DNA of 59,643 nucleotides, filler included. It is 3 parts of 3 records of this genome, joined end to end, with 100 filler letters (N's around TTAATTAATTAA, not from the genome) between each part and the next. Parts side by side here need not be neighbours in the genome. Positions count along the whole stretch, not along the records: positions 1 to 27,934 come from SRR31156797_14875; positions 28,035 to 40,337 come from SRR31156797_14937; 1 more part is not named here. One strand, 5' to 3'. Below are positions 17,159 to 28,724 of this stretch, in pieces; positions within the stretch are counted from its first letter, which is position 1; the number at the start of each line of letters is the position of its first letter. The notes under the pieces were generated by a model, which was given only the letters and a program-made list of their open reading frames with translations, was not told where the DNA came from and did no database searches. Both the position numbers and the translations under genes were made by a program.

Positions 17159-19153
17159 ATGGCATTCGCGAAAAAGAAATTTCTGTATTTGTTTATCCTC
17201 ATGATTGTTCTGGTTCCCGAAACAAGTGGGCAAAAGGAATTTATCGACAGCATTAAACAACAACTTGGGCAGGTTTCAGAGAATGAGGATAAACTCAACA
17301 TGTATTACAACCTGGCAAAATCCTACAGAAACCTTAACCCTTATATTGGTTTGGATTACATTGATTCAGCGCGCATTATTGCCACTAAATTGGGCGACAC
17401 CGGTACATTGGCCAAAATAATCAATGAGGCAGGTGTTTTATATCGAAAAGTAGACCTGTATGAGGAAGCTATTGACCAGCATCAGGAGGCGCTCAGGTTA
17501 TTCCAACAAGTACACGATACCATGGGTATTGCATTTGCCTATGCAAATATGGGTAATGTTTTTCTGAGTTTCTCCAGGTTGGAAAAAGCCCTGGAATACA
17601 ATAAAAAATCACTCGACCTAAAATATGCTTTGCAGGATTCGTTGCAAATCGCTTATTCGTTGCGTACTACAGCCCTGGTCTTGCAGGCTATGGGTCGGTA
17701 TGATGAGGCCCTAGAGTATTTTAATAAAGCACTTAAAATTTACAAAGTTCATGGTGATCATTATGAATTGGGAAATATTTATTATCACCTGGGCGATGTT
17801 AGTTTTCTTGAAGGAAGCAATAATCAGGCATTGGTGTATTTTGGTAAAGCTTTGCAGATTTTTAATGAAGTGCAAAGCTTATATGGCTCTGCACTTGTAA
17901 ATTACCAGGCCGGAATAACATTTTTCAAGGTAAAGAAATACGATAAAGCCATAAGTTATTTAGATGAAGCTCTACGGTTGGCCGAAGAGGCAAACACTCC
18001 AAAAATTGTCATGGATGTATGCCGGGGCCTGTCGGATTTGAATAAGGAACTTGGCAATTACGAGAAATCACTCAAATATTTCGAAAAGTACGCCTTGATC
18101 AGAGATAGTTTGTTTAGCGAAACATTCAGTAAAAATATTGTTGAAATGCAAGCCAAATACCAGAATGATGAACAGCTTGCAGAAATCGCTTTGCTAAAAA
18201 AGGAAAATGAGCTCATAAAAAATGAGCAACGCCTGAAATCTGCTTACCTTATTATTCTTATTGTTGGAATTTTATTTGTGTTGGTTGTGCTCGGTTTATT
18301 GGCTTTGCGATATGGCGACAAGAAAAAGATTAATGCCATGCTTGAAAAGGAGATTGCAGCCAGGAAGACAAATGAGCGCAAGTTAATTGATTCTGAACAG
18401 AAACTCACCCATGTAAATCAAACCAAAGATAAATTCTTCTCGATTATTTCGCACGATCTAAAAAGTCCGTTTGGCGCCATGAAAGGGCTTGTGGAGATGC
18501 TCCGGATGGGTTATGATGAAATGGACGAAACTGAACGTAAAGAATTGATCCGCGAAATCGACAAAGCCACAACAAATACCTTTTCACTGCTGAACGATTT
18601 ATTGGCATGGTCGCAAACTCAACGGGGAACGATTGATTTTAATCCCAAAGTAACCAATATCAGGCAACGTTGCCACGAAACTGTTGAGTTTATCCTACCC
18701 TTAGCGAAAAAGAAAAATATTACAATAGACTGCGAATTGCCGGAACAACTGAATGTACATGCCGATTTAAATATGGTTACTACAATCATTAGGAATCTGC
18801 TGTCGAATGCTGTGAAATTTACATCCAGCGGAGGGCAGGTGTTAGTCTCCGGGCGTAATATGCGACTGGAGCCAAATCAAAACGGCAACGGAGAGTTTGT
18901 GGAAATTTCAGTTACAGATAATGGTGTAGGTATTGCTCCCGAAGACCTGAAAAAACTTTTCAGGATCGAAGAGAAATTTAAATCAAGGGGTACTGATAAT
19001 GAATCTGGTACCGGGCTGGGTTTGGTGATTTGCAAAGAGTTTGTAGAAAAGCACAATGGTACTATCAGTGTTAAAAGTGAGCTGGGCAAAGGCTCGACCT
19101 TTATTTTTACACTTCCGGGCGCAGAACAGACCGAAATATCGGCTAAGTACTAA
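17159..19153 (+). CDS. TPR-repeat membrane sensor histidine kinase
   Basis: Signal peptide, TPR repeats, TM helix, H-box ISHDLKSP, NLLSNAVKF, GTGLGL. Confidence 0.92.
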   Translation: MAFAKKKFLYLFILMIVLVPETSGQKEFIDSIKQQLGQVSENEDKLNMYYNLAKSYRNLNPYIGLDYIDSARIIATKLGDTGTLAKIINEAGVLYRKVDLYEEAIDQHQEALRLFQQVHDTMGIAFAYANMGNVFLSFSRLEKALEYNKKSLDLKYALQDSLQIAYSLRTTALVLQAMGRYDEALEYFNKALKIYKVHGDHYELGNIYYHLGDVSFLEGSNNQALVYFGKALQIFNEVQSLYGSALVNYQAGITFFKVKKYDKAISYLDEALRLAEEANTPKIVMDVCRGLSDLNKELGNYEKSLKYFEKYALIRDSLFSETFSKNIVEMQAKYQNDEQLAEIALLKKENELIKNEQRLKSAYLIILIVGILFVLVVLGLLALRYGDKKKINAMLEKEIAARKTNERKLIDSEQKLTHVNQTKDKFFSIISHDLKSPFGAMKGLVEMLRMGYDEMDETERKELIREIDKATTNTFSLLNDLLAWSQTQRGTIDFNPKVTNIRQRCHETVEFILPLAKKKNITIDCELPEQLNVHADLNMVTTIIRNLLSNAVKFTSSGGQVLVSGRNMRLEPNQNGNGEFVEISVTDNGVGIAPEDLKKLFRIEEKFKSRGTDNESGTGLGLVICKEFVEKHNGTISVKSELGKGSTFIFTLPGAEQTEISAKY

Positions 19154-20966
19154 ACGATTGCAACTCGATCAGTTTTTTATAAACCCCACTTTTGGCCAGG
19201 AGTTCTTTGTGCGTTCCTCGTTCTACGATTTTCCCCTTGTCGAGAACCACAATTTCATCAGCATTTTTTATGGTCGACAGGCGGTGCGCAATCACAACAG
19301 AAGTACGGTTTTGCATCAATTTAAACAGTGCATCCTGAACCAGCCTTTCCGATTCTGTATCGAGTGCCGAAGTCGCTTCGTCCAGGATCATTACCGGAGG
19401 GTTTTTAAGTACGGCACGTGCTATACTGATACGCTGCCGCTGGCCGCCTGACATTTTTATTCCGCGGTCGCCAATGTTGGTTTGGTAGCCTTTGGGCATT
19501 TGTGTGATAAATTCATGTGCATTGGCAATTTTGGCGGCATTCACAACATCTTCCTCTTTCACATTCTCCAGCCCGAAGGCAATATTATTATACACCGAAT
19601 CATTAAACAGGATGGTTTCCTGGGTTACGATACCCATCAACCTCCGCAAATCCTCGATGATAATATTTTTGATCGGTTGCCCATCAATTAAAATCTCACC
19701 TGAATTACAATCGTAAAAGCGTGGTAAAAGGTCAACCATGGTTGATTTACCACTACCTGATGCGCCAACAAGGGCTATCATCCGACCTTTGTCGATGGTC
19801 AGGTTTATTTCCTGTAAAACGGGTTCTTTTTCGTAGGAAAAAGAAACATCCCGATAAATGATGGATTCTGAGAAATCAAGTTTACCAATGGCATTGGGAT
19901 GTTCTTCGATTACCTCATCGGCATCAATAATCTCCCTGATCCGCTCAGCGGAAGCAACTCCCTTTTGTACATTATAATAGGCTTCGGTAAATGCTTTCGC
20001 CGGCACAATAAGTTGTGAAAAAACAACCACATAAAAAATAAACACGGTAGGTTCCAGGCTGGAGTTTTCATTTAGAACCAACTGGCCGCCAAACCATAAA
20101 ATCACTACCAAAACGAGCGTGCTCAAGAACTCACTCATGGGTGACGCCAGATCGCGCTTTCGGAATAATCTTACCATAATAGTGGTAAGCCTGTCATTTT
20201 GTTCCCTGAATTTTTCATCTGTTTTATCGATGGCATTAAAGCCTTTGATAATTCTTAATCCGGAAATCGTTTCTTCAACCGTCGAAAGGATAACCCCCAG
20301 TTGCTTCTGGCTTTTTGCCGAAGTCCTTTTCAGGCTTTTGCCAATTTGTGCAATGAGGAATCCGGTAATGGGCAAAAGAATCACCACAAACAGGGTTAGG
20401 GTAGGGCTGATGATGACCAGCGTAATCATGAAAATGATGATGGTAAGTGGCTCCCTGAACAGCATTTCGAGGGATTGCATTATCGACCACTCGATGTTCA
20501 TAACGTCATTGGTAATGCGCGACATGATATCACCTTTGCGCTGCTCCGAAAAATAAGCCAACGGCAGAATAAGGATGCGCTTGTAAATATCGTTTCTGAT
20601 GTCTTTTACAACGCCGTTGCGCAATGGCGAAAGAAAGAACATGGCCAGATACCGTGACAGGTTTTTTAGTAAAAACAATGCAACAACCAATAGCGAGATA
20701 AACATCAGGGCATTGATTTCTCCCTTTTCGATGATGATCTGGCTTATGGTGTAATTGAAATATTTGGCGATGGATTCGGTGGTCAGGGTGAGTTCGGGCT
20801 CATCGTAAATCAGTTTTGTTTTATCGAACAAAAGCTGAAGAAACGGAATAACCATGGTGAGTGAAAACAGGTTGAAAATCACCGACAGAACATTAAAAAG
20901 TACATTGAGCGAGGCATACCCCAGGTAATTTTTTACATATTTTAAAATCTCAAATAGTCTTTTCAT
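19143..20966 (-). CDS. ABC exporter, fused permease/ATPase (MsbA-like)
   Basis: N-terminal TM domain; Walker A GASGSGKS; MSGGQRQR; ILDEATSALD. Confidence 0.93.
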   Translation of the reverse strand: MKRLFEILKYVKNYLGYASLNVLFNVLSVIFNLFSLTMVIPFLQLLFDKTKLIYDEPELTLTTESIAKYFNYTISQIIIEKGEINALMFISLLVVALFLLKNLSRYLAMFFLSPLRNGVVKDIRNDIYKRILILPLAYFSEQRKGDIMSRITNDVMNIEWSIMQSLEMLFREPLTIIIFMITLVIISPTLTLFVVILLPITGFLIAQIGKSLKRTSAKSQKQLGVILSTVEETISGLRIIKGFNAIDKTDEKFREQNDRLTTIMVRLFRKRDLASPMSEFLSTLVLVVILWFGGQLVLNENSSLEPTVFIFYVVVFSQLIVPAKAFTEAYYNVQKGVASAERIREIIDADEVIEEHPNAIGKLDFSESIIYRDVSFSYEKEPVLQEINLTIDKGRMIALVGASGSGKSTMVDLLPRFYDCNSGEILIDGQPIKNIIIEDLRRLMGIVTQETILFNDSVYNNIAFGLENVKEEDVVNAAKIANAHEFITQMPKGYQTNIGDRGIKMSGGQRQRISIARAVLKNPPVMILDEATSALDTESERLVQDALFKLMQNRTSVVIAHRLSTIKNADEIVVLDKGKIVERGTHKELLAKSGVYKKLIELQSFST

Positions 20967-21093
20967 CTCAACATGGTTTTATGCCTGCAATGTTACGAAA
21001 TCTTGCGATACATGAAGCCGGTTACAACGCTGTTGCCATCAAATTCAAACATTCATGCCTATTGATGGTTAGTAAGATTAAAACACCGGAAAT

Positions 21094-23118
21094 ATGAACG
21101 CAAAGCAAGATCAAGCAAACAAACTCATCAACGAAACCAGCCCATATCTATTGCAGCATGCCCACAACCCTGTAAACTGGCATGCATGGAATCCTGAAAC
21201 CCTGGCGCTGGCAAAAAGCCAGGATAAAATGCTTCTGATCAGTATTGGCTATTCTGCCTGTCACTGGTGTCACGTCATGGAAAAGGAGTCATTCGAAAAT
21301 GACCAACTGGCCGCAATCATGAATCAACATTTTGTTTGTGTTAAAGTGGATCGTGAAGAACGTCCGGACGTGGATGCGATTTATATGAGTGCAGTTCAGT
21401 TGATCCATGGAAATGGAGGATGGCCGTTAAATTGTTTCGCCCTGCCTGATGGACGGCCATTTTATGGCGGAACCTATTTTCAACCCCAACAATGGGAGGT
21501 GCTGCTCAAGAATGTTGCAGACCTGTATCAAAACCAACGAAACGATCTAGAACAACAGGCCCAACAAATTCTGGAAGGGATCAACCAGGATAACCTGTTT
21601 GATGCTGAACTTGATCAGGATGAGCCGGTAGGGAAAATGATCAATAATGCAGTAGAAAAATGGTCGAAAAATTTTGACCTCAGGCATGGTGGTTCAAGAG
21701 GTGCGCCGAAATTTCCCATGCCTGGCAGTATTCAGTTTTTAATGGAGTATGCCCACGCCAACAAGGATGAGTACCTATTAAATTATGTAGCGCTTACACT
21801 GGATAAAATGATGATGGGTGGTATTTACGATCAGGTTGGTGGTGGTTTTGCCCGCTATTCGGTAGACGCAGAATGGAAGGTGCCTCACTTCGAAAAAATG
21901 CTTTACGACAATGCACAGCTCATTACGCTTTATACGCTTGCAAGTCAGGTTGCCGGTAAAAATCGTTTTTTGGAAACTGCAAAAGAAACCGCAGATTTTG
22001 TGTTGCGGGAGTTAACCTCAGAAGAGGGGGTGTTTTATTCTGCCCTGGATGCAGACACTGAAGGTGTGGAAGGTAAGTTTTATGTCTGGACAAAACAGGA
22101 ATTAGATCAGTGTTTGGGTGTAGGTGCCGGGCTGATCACAGATTTTTTTGAGATCGAAAAGGAAGCACTTTGGGAAAATGATAAAAACGTTTTGATGTAT
22201 AAGCATGACCCGGCTGAGTTTGCCAGGATGAATAATTTGGATGAAGCAATGTTTATCAAAAAGCTAAAGGAGGCCAGGCAAAAGTTATTTGCTGAGCGTG
22301 AAAAACGAGTCCGTCCCGGGCTTGATGATAAATCCCTAACATCCTGGAATGCCATGATGATTAAAGCGCTTGCCAGGCTGTCGGTGCAGGCAAACGAACA
22401 AAAATACCTCGATGCAGCGCTTAAAGCTGCCCACCTGATAGTGTCAAAAAACATTCAGTCTGACAGTTCCGTTTTTCACAGTTATAAAAATGGCAGGGCA
22501 ACAATTGATGGCTTCCTGGAAGATTATGCCCATGTCGCCGATGCTGCCATTGAGCTTTTTCAGGTAACTATGGATAAAAAGTGGTTATCGCTTTCGGAGC
22601 GGGTTTCCGGTTATGCACTGGAGCATTTTTATGATGATAAAGAGAAAATGTTTTGGTTTACTTCGGATAAGGCCAGTGATCTTGTAACACGAAAAAAGGA
22701 AATTTTTGACAATGTTATACCATCGTCCAATGCTGTGATGGGGCATGTTTTGTTCAGGCTATCTCTAATAACTGAAAATGCCGGATATTTAGAAAGTGCA
22801 CAAAAAATGTCTGCAAAGCCGGGAAAGCAAATTGAGCAATATGCTGCTTCTCTCTACAGCTGGGCACAACTTATGCTCGAAATGTCCGGAAAGTTTTATG
22901 AAGTTGTTATCACCGGGCCCAAAGCAGAAGCATATTTCAGGAAAATCTATGCAGCCGAATATCCTGGGAAATTGGTGATGGCTGCAAAAAGCAGTGCTGA
23001 CCTGCCATTGTTTAAGAACAGGTTTAAAGATAATAAAACAATAATATATGTTTGCCGCAATCGCGTTTGTAACAGGCCAGTTGAGAATGTTGAAGAAGCA
23101 TTGGAACAGTTGGTTTGA
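21094..23118 (+). CDS. Thioredoxin-domain protein, YyaL/SSP411 family
   Basis: [29 protein letters not shown] and [12 protein letters not shown] motifs. Confidence 0.92.
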   Translation: MNAKQDQANKLINETSPYLLQHAHNPVNWHAWNPETLALAKSQDKMLLISIGYSACHWCHVMEKESFENDQLAAIMNQHFVCVKVDREERPDVDAIYMSAVQLIHGNGGWPLNCFALPDGRPFYGGTYFQPQQWEVLLKNVADLYQNQRNDLEQQAQQILEGINQDNLFDAELDQDEPVGKMINNAVEKWSKNFDLRHGGSRGAPKFPMPGSIQFLMEYAHANKDEYLLNYVALTLDKMMMGGIYDQVGGGFARYSVDAEWKVPHFEKMLYDNAQLITLYTLASQVAGKNRFLETAKETADFVLRELTSEEGVFYSALDADTEGVEGKFYVWTKQELDQCLGVGAGLITDFFEIEKEALWENDKNVLMYKHDPAEFARMNNLDEAMFIKKLKEARQKLFAEREKRVRPGLDDKSLTSWNAMMIKALARLSVQANEQKYLDAALKAAHLIVSKNIQSDSSVFHSYKNGRATIDGFLEDYAHVADAAIELFQVTMDKKWLSLSERVSGYALEHFYDDKEKMFWFTSDKASDLVTRKKEIFDNVIPSSNAVMGHVLFRLSLITENAGYLESAQKMSAKPGKQIEQYAASLYSWAQLMLEMSGKFYEVVITGPKAEAYFRKIYAAEYPGKLVMAAKSSADLPLFKNRFKDNKTIIYVCRNRVCNRPVENVEEALEQLV

Positions 23119-24894
23119 TCAATCGTCGGAGAACTGTTTGAGTAGGTTACGGTAGGAGGAGAATACCCTTGCCCGTGAAATGAACCCAAGATATTTACCA
23201 TCTTTCAAAACCACCAGGTTGAATTTGCCGCTTTTCTGAAATTTTTGTGCAACCTCCTCCATCGATTCATCGGGATTGATGGTGGTTTCCGGTGTAAACA
23301 TCAGATCGTGGACGTAGGTGTTTTCATACATCTCAGGTTTAAAAATGATTTCCCTGATGTGATCCATAAAAATAATACCCGCAAAATTACCGTCATCATC
23401 CACAACCGGAAAAACATTCCTCGAAGCTTTGGAAATTACGCCAACCAATTCCCCCAGGGTGGCTTCAGGGGAAACAGATTTGAAATTGGTTTCAATCAGT
23501 TTGTTGGCTTTCATCATCGAAAGTACGGCTTTGTCTTTGTTATGGGTCATCAGTTCGCCGCGAAGTGCCAGCCTTTTTGTATAAATGGAATGTGGTTCGA
23601 AATACATGATGGTGAGGTATGAGATGGTAGCGGTAATGATCAGTGGAGGCAAAAGTTCATATCCACCGGTAATTTCAGCGATGAGGAAAATGGCAGTTAG
23701 CGGTGAGTGCATCACACCGGCCATAATACCAGCCATTCCTACCAGCGAGAAATTACTCTCTGAAACCTGCCACCCGGGGAGTAAATTGATAAGCCTTGCA
23801 GTGAAAAACCCGGTTATCCCACCCATAAAAAGTGATGGGGCAAATATTCCACCCACACCGCCAATTCCTGTGGTGGTGGAGGTTGCAATCACTTTAAAAA
23901 ACAGTATCAGTAACAGCAATATAAGAAATAGCCAGTTGTGTTGCATGAAATCTCTGAAGATGCTTTGGTTAATGATGTTTTCGCCATTGCCGTTTAGCAC
24001 ATCTTCCAGGGCTTCGTAGCCCTCGCCAAACAGGGAGGGAAAAATAAAGATCAGGATTCCGAGAATCGTTCCTCCCAGTACAATTCTGAGCCAGGTATTG
24101 TTTATTTTCTTGTACCGCTGTTCAATGCGCATTGATGCACGGGTGAAATAAAGTGAAATGAATCCGGCAATAATGCCAAGCAGAATGTAAAAAGGGATAT
24201 CTTCAAGTAAAAATGGAGTTATGACATCAAACGAAAACAGCACCTCGTTACCCAGCAGAAAATAGGCAACTGTTGCGCCTGTAACAGCGGCGATGAGCAG
24301 CGGGATGAGTGTTGTCATTGTCAGGTCAAGCATCAGTACTTCGATGGCAAAAACCACGCCTGCAATCGGGGCTTTAAAAATTCCGGCTATGGCACCGGCA
24401 CTTCCGCATCCGATCATCAAAATAACGGTCTTGTAGTTGAGTCTGAAAAAGCGGGCAAGGTTCGATCCGATGGCCGACCCGGTAAGCACTATGGGGGCCT
24501 CCAATCCCACAGAGCCGCCAAATCCAATGGTTAGCGAACTGGCGATCATTGAACTATATGTGTTGTGCACTTTGATTTTCCCATTGTTTTTTGAAATGCC
24601 GTATAAAATCCTTGACACCCCGTGCCCAAGATTATCCCGGATCAGAAATTTTACAAATAGCACTGTTAAGGTAATTCCAATTGCAGGATAAGCCAGATAC
24701 ATATAGTTTTCGGTAGCAAAATCAAAACCATTGGTCATGAAATAATGGGTGTAGTGCACCAGGTTTTTCAGAATGATGGCAGATAAACCACTCAATATTC
24801 CAATAACCATGCTCAGGAAAATTACAAACTGATTGTCTTTGATTTTCCTTAGCCGCCAAATTAGTAACTTATTTATGAACCGTTGATTTGCCAT
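23119..24894 (-). CDS. CLC-family anion transporter/channel with CBS pair
   Basis: GGSVGLEAP, GGIFAPS and SIYT motifs; C-terminal CBS domains. Confidence 0.92.
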   Translation of the reverse strand: MANQRFINKLLIWRLRKIKDNQFVIFLSMVIGILSGLSAIILKNLVHYTHYFMTNGFDFATENYMYLAYPAIGITLTVLFVKFLIRDNLGHGVSRILYGISKNNGKIKVHNTYSSMIASSLTIGFGGSVGLEAPIVLTGSAIGSNLARFFRLNYKTVILMIGCGSAGAIAGIFKAPIAGVVFAIEVLMLDLTMTTLIPLLIAAVTGATVAYFLLGNEVLFSFDVITPFLLEDIPFYILLGIIAGFISLYFTRASMRIEQRYKKINNTWLRIVLGGTILGILIFIFPSLFGEGYEALEDVLNGNGENIINQSIFRDFMQHNWLFLILLLLILFFKVIATSTTTGIGGVGGIFAPSLFMGGITGFFTARLINLLPGWQVSESNFSLVGMAGIMAGVMHSPLTAIFLIAEITGGYELLPPLIITATISYLTIMYFEPHSIYTKRLALRGELMTHNKDKAVLSMMKANKLIETNFKSVSPEATLGELVGVISKASRNVFPVVDDDGNFAGIIFMDHIREIIFKPEMYENTYVHDLMFTPETTINPDESMEEVAQKFQKSGKFNLVVLKDGKYLGFISRARVFSSYRNLLKQFSDD

Positions 24895-25279
24895 TAGTGC
24901 GCGAAATTAATAAAACCAATCAGCCAATTCAGCCTGTTAAAAAATGTTGCGTAATGTGGCGCTATATTTTTTTTTAGGCCTCAGGTTATATTGCGTATTT
25001 ATATTGATATACCTGTATATTTGTTTTGGGATTAAAAAGTGTACACAGGTTGGGAAGCTGTAAATAAAATTTACATTTCTTCAGATTAAATTAATAATAA
25101 TATTACAAATTTACATATTTAATTTTCTTTGATTAATTTAAAAACGTTACAAACAGTGCGTTTTGGGTGTGTAAAAAAAAATATGTGGAAGGCTTATCAA
25201 TTCGTAATTTCATTTACATTACGAATTGGTGCTTTAGAATTATTTAAAGTTCAGGTTCTTTCAAATTTTTTTTACAAAG

Positions 25280-25310
25280 TTTGCAATTCTATTTAAAAAG
25301 GATACTTTTG
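25280..25310 (+). promoter_or_regulatory. Bacteroidetes housekeeping promoter
   Basis: TTTG (25280-25283), 19-nt spacer, TACTTTTG (25303-25310): consensus -33/-7. Confidence 0.7.
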
Positions 25311-25498
25311 CATGGTTAACTGTTATACTATTTAGGGGAAAATCAAATAAAAATATTTGAATATATTAACTGAAATCTAAATCAAGCTGGGCTTGTAAGT
25401 ACAATTTAAACCAATGAATCAGGACTTTAAAAATAAAATCCTGGCTTGAACCAATAAACGGGGGGCTTATCTTAAATTCAAAAATCTAAATACAAACC

Positions 25499-27934
25499 AT
25501 GAAAAATTCAACTACGAATTATCTGATTAAGTTAGCGTATCGTATGCTCTTACTGGGATGCTTATTTCCAATTGCGGGGATGAATCCGGCAACAAGCCAA
25601 ACAGCTATAAACAGCGGTTTAAAATTTGGTGAGGGCAATCTGAATGCTCAAGAGGAAGCAATGCTTCAAAATTATCTTGAAAATTATGCTGCATTAACTG
25701 ACCTGGGTAACGGTTATCCGCCGATTTGGGATAACCCTGCTCCTCAGGACAAACCACATGGAATAATTGTTGCACTGGAGGCCAATCCACGTATCAATGA
25801 TATTCCGTTGGACCAGTATGATTACATCGGTGGTTTTTATACCGATGATTATGGAGAGCTTCGCTGCGGAGGCGCCGGTTACTGGCCCGATACGGCAGGA
25901 ATTGTTTTTGCACTACAAAAAGACAATCCGGATACACCTGAAAAAGATGGGTTTTCTTTCCAGGAAACCATTTATTTTAAGGTGTTTACTTTTAGTACGA
26001 TGAAGGATTATGATGTTGATGAAATGGAGTTCGATCCTGATTTTTATGGTACCAATAAATGGGGTTCACTCGGGTTGTCAAGGTTCCTGGATATGCAGGC
26101 CCTTGAGGATTTGGACTTCTTTATCGCACCTTCAGGAAACCCTATTTGTATCGGAAATGAACTTACACTATCAGCTGAAGAGTTTATCGGAACAAATGGA
26201 AACTATACGTTTCAATGGTCGTCAGATCCTCCGGGGTTTAATTACAACACGCAGTTTCCTCCACCCGTTACACCGGAACAAAGTACAGTTTTTACATTGG
26301 TGGTACAGGATGGATCTTTTATGTCTGAACATTCTTTACCCGTACAGGTTGAAGAATTTCCGATAGTGGAAGCCGGCGATGACGGACAGGTATGTGCCAA
26401 CGAGTCCTACAATTTACTGGGCGAGGCTCAGTTTTACAGTACAGTAGAATGGACAACATCGGGAGACGGTTATTTTGACGATCCATATCTTTTGAACACA
26501 CAGTACATTCCCGGCCCAACAGATGCAGCAAATGGCGAGGTAAACCTTTCTCTCCTCGCATTGCCATTAAATCCCTGTGATTTGCAGGCTTCAGATGAAC
26601 TTAATTTAACAATTCTTGCGTTGCCGGATGTTGATGCAGGTGAAGATATTATTGGGTGTACAACCGAAGATGTTGAAGTTTCTGCATTTGGGAATGATTT
26701 TAGCACGGTTGAGTGGACTACATCAGGGTCCGGAACGTTTTTTAATCCCAATGCATTGACAACACAATATGTGGCCGCTGGTAATGACTTTCAGAACGGG
26801 GTATCACTCACGATTTGCGCCGAGGCACAGAACCCCTGCATTGCATCAAGTTGTGATGTAGTTCATGTGGATTATGTGCCGGGCCCAACAGCTTTCGGAA
26901 TGACCAACAGCACCGGTTGTGAAAATAATTTCATAATGGTTAGTGGTATCGCTTATAATTACAGTACTACCGAATGGATCACGGCTGGCGACGGAACATT
27001 TGAAGATCCGTCATTGTTTTCAACCAAATATTATCCGGGTACCCAGGATACAGAAAATGGTGGGACCACGGTTACGCTCAACGCTTATCCCATTGGTAAT
27101 TGCGACATCGCAACCAAAAATGTTACAATCAATGTGGTTAATCTGCCGGATATTACTTTTGCTCCAAACTCTGAAAATATTTGTGTTGGCGATGAATTTC
27201 TGCAATTGGATGCCACAGTTGAACACAGTAATTCAATTGTATGGAGTACCAACGGTGATGGTACATTTAGCAATTCGCATATTGCAAATCCAAAATACTT
27301 TCCGGGGCCACAGGACGAACAAAACGGCCAGTTCGAACTTGAACTGCTGGCTTATCCGTTACCTTATTGCTCATTAAGCACCATCGAGCCTTTACTGGTG
27401 GTTTACCAGGAAAATCCAACAGCGGATGCCGGTAATGATGTGGAAATTTGTGAAAATGAAACCTACACCTTAGCTGACGCCCAGGCTGAAAGTTATGATC
27501 AGGTGTTGTGGAGTGGGGGAAATGGTGCATTTTCAAATCCAAATTTACTAAATCCTGACTACATTCCCTCACCGTTGGATTATGGTACAACGGTTACGCT
27601 TTGCATAACTGCTTCGCCAATCAACCCCTGTGATGTGGCTGCCGATGATTGTATGGATTTAACAATTGTTCGGTTGCCAGAGGCTGACGCCGGTAACTAT
27701 GCAATTATCTGTGAGGACGAGACTTATCTTTTGGATGGTGATGTTATGGAAGAATCCGCATTTATGTGGTCAACATCAGGTGATGGAGCATTTTCGGATA
27801 TTGGTGTTGAAGATCCGGTTTATTCACCCGGCCCTCAGGATATTACAAATGGAACGGTTACACTCACACTTACCGCTCAGCCCAATGCACCCTGTACAGC
27901 CATCGCTGAAGATGCGATGCAACTGGATATCCAA
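25499..27934 (+). CDS. Large secreted Ig/PKD-like repeat protein, probable T9SS cargo; 3' truncated at contig end
   Basis: Signal-peptide-like start, acidic composition, six ~88-aa repeats. The C-terminal sorting domain is not visible. Confidence 0.75.
26360..27934 (+). repeat. Six diverged tandem protein repeats of about 88 aa
   Basis: Pattern P-x2-(AG)-x5-C..W(T/S)TxGxGxF..Y-x-P-G..D..G..L..C recurs six times in the translation. Confidence 0.85.
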
Positions 27935-28034
27935 NNNNNNNNNNNNNNNNNNNNNNNNNNNNNNNNNNNNNNNNNNNNTTAATTAATTAANNNNNNNNNN
28001 NNNNNNNNNNNNNNNNNNNNNNNNNNNNNNNNNN
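27935..28034. other. Artificial contig-joining spacer
   Basis: 44 N + TTAATTAATTAA (stops in all six frames) + 44 N; genes on both sides are cut. Confidence 0.98.
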
Positions 28035-28724
28035 TACATAGAAATAATCAATTCTCCAGCCAACATTATTTGCTCTTGCATTTGCTCTGTAGCTCCACCA
28101 GCTGTAACTATCTGGTTTGTCTCCATTTATATGTCTAAATGTATCTATATAGCCATGAGACAAAAACTTTGTAATCCAGTCTCTTTCCATAGGTAAGAAT
28201 CCAGAGGTTTTTTCATTTGCTTTTGGTCTTGCTAAGTCTATTTCTGTGTGAGCAGTATTTACATCTCCACATACAATAATTGATTTACCATCTTTTTTTA
28301 AAGCTTCGCAATGCTCTAAAAATCTATCATAAAATTCCATTTTATAAACAAGTCTTTCCTCTTTTGATTGACCATTTGGAAAATAAACATTAAAAAATGC
28401 AATCTCTTTATCTCCTAGAGTAAAGTGAATTTCATTTATTCTTCCTTCGTCAAGTACATCTACATCTGGACAAGTTGATTGAAAAGTTGCTTCTATATCA
28501 GTAAATATTGCAGTTCCACTTCTTCCTTTTATTGCAGATTCAGAAGCTAAAACTGTTTTATAATCTTTCTCAAATATAGAATCAGGAATTTGTTCTTTTG
28601 TTGATTTTGTTTCTTGAACACCAAGTAAATCAACATTTGCTTCATCAATCCATTTTAAAGCACCTTTTTTTTCTACTGCTCTAATACCATTTACATTCCA
28701 CGATACAAATTTGTATTTACTCAT
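28035..28724 (-). CDS. xth: Exodeoxyribonuclease III, 3' truncated
   Basis: SWNVNGIRA, QETK, YFPNG, GDVNTAH and YSWWSYR..GWRIDY motifs. Confidence 0.95.

Noticed and set aside
19143-19153. Short convergent gene overlaps (also 29994-30001 and 54512-54515)
   Set aside because: Common in compact genomes; no evidence of antisense regulation.
7827-24691. Many 60-200 aa ORFs nested in or antisense to long genes
   Set aside because: Shadow frames of well-supported CDSs with no motifs; the same applies in the other segments.
26360-27934. Repeats as a CRISPR array or DNA tandem repeat
   Set aside because: Similarity is at protein level inside an open frame; no identical DNA repeats with spacers and no cas genes.
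27979-27990. TTAATTAATTAA palindrome (also 40382-40393) as a biological site or HGT junction
   Set aside because: Centred in identical N padding with stops in all frames; it is an assembly linker.
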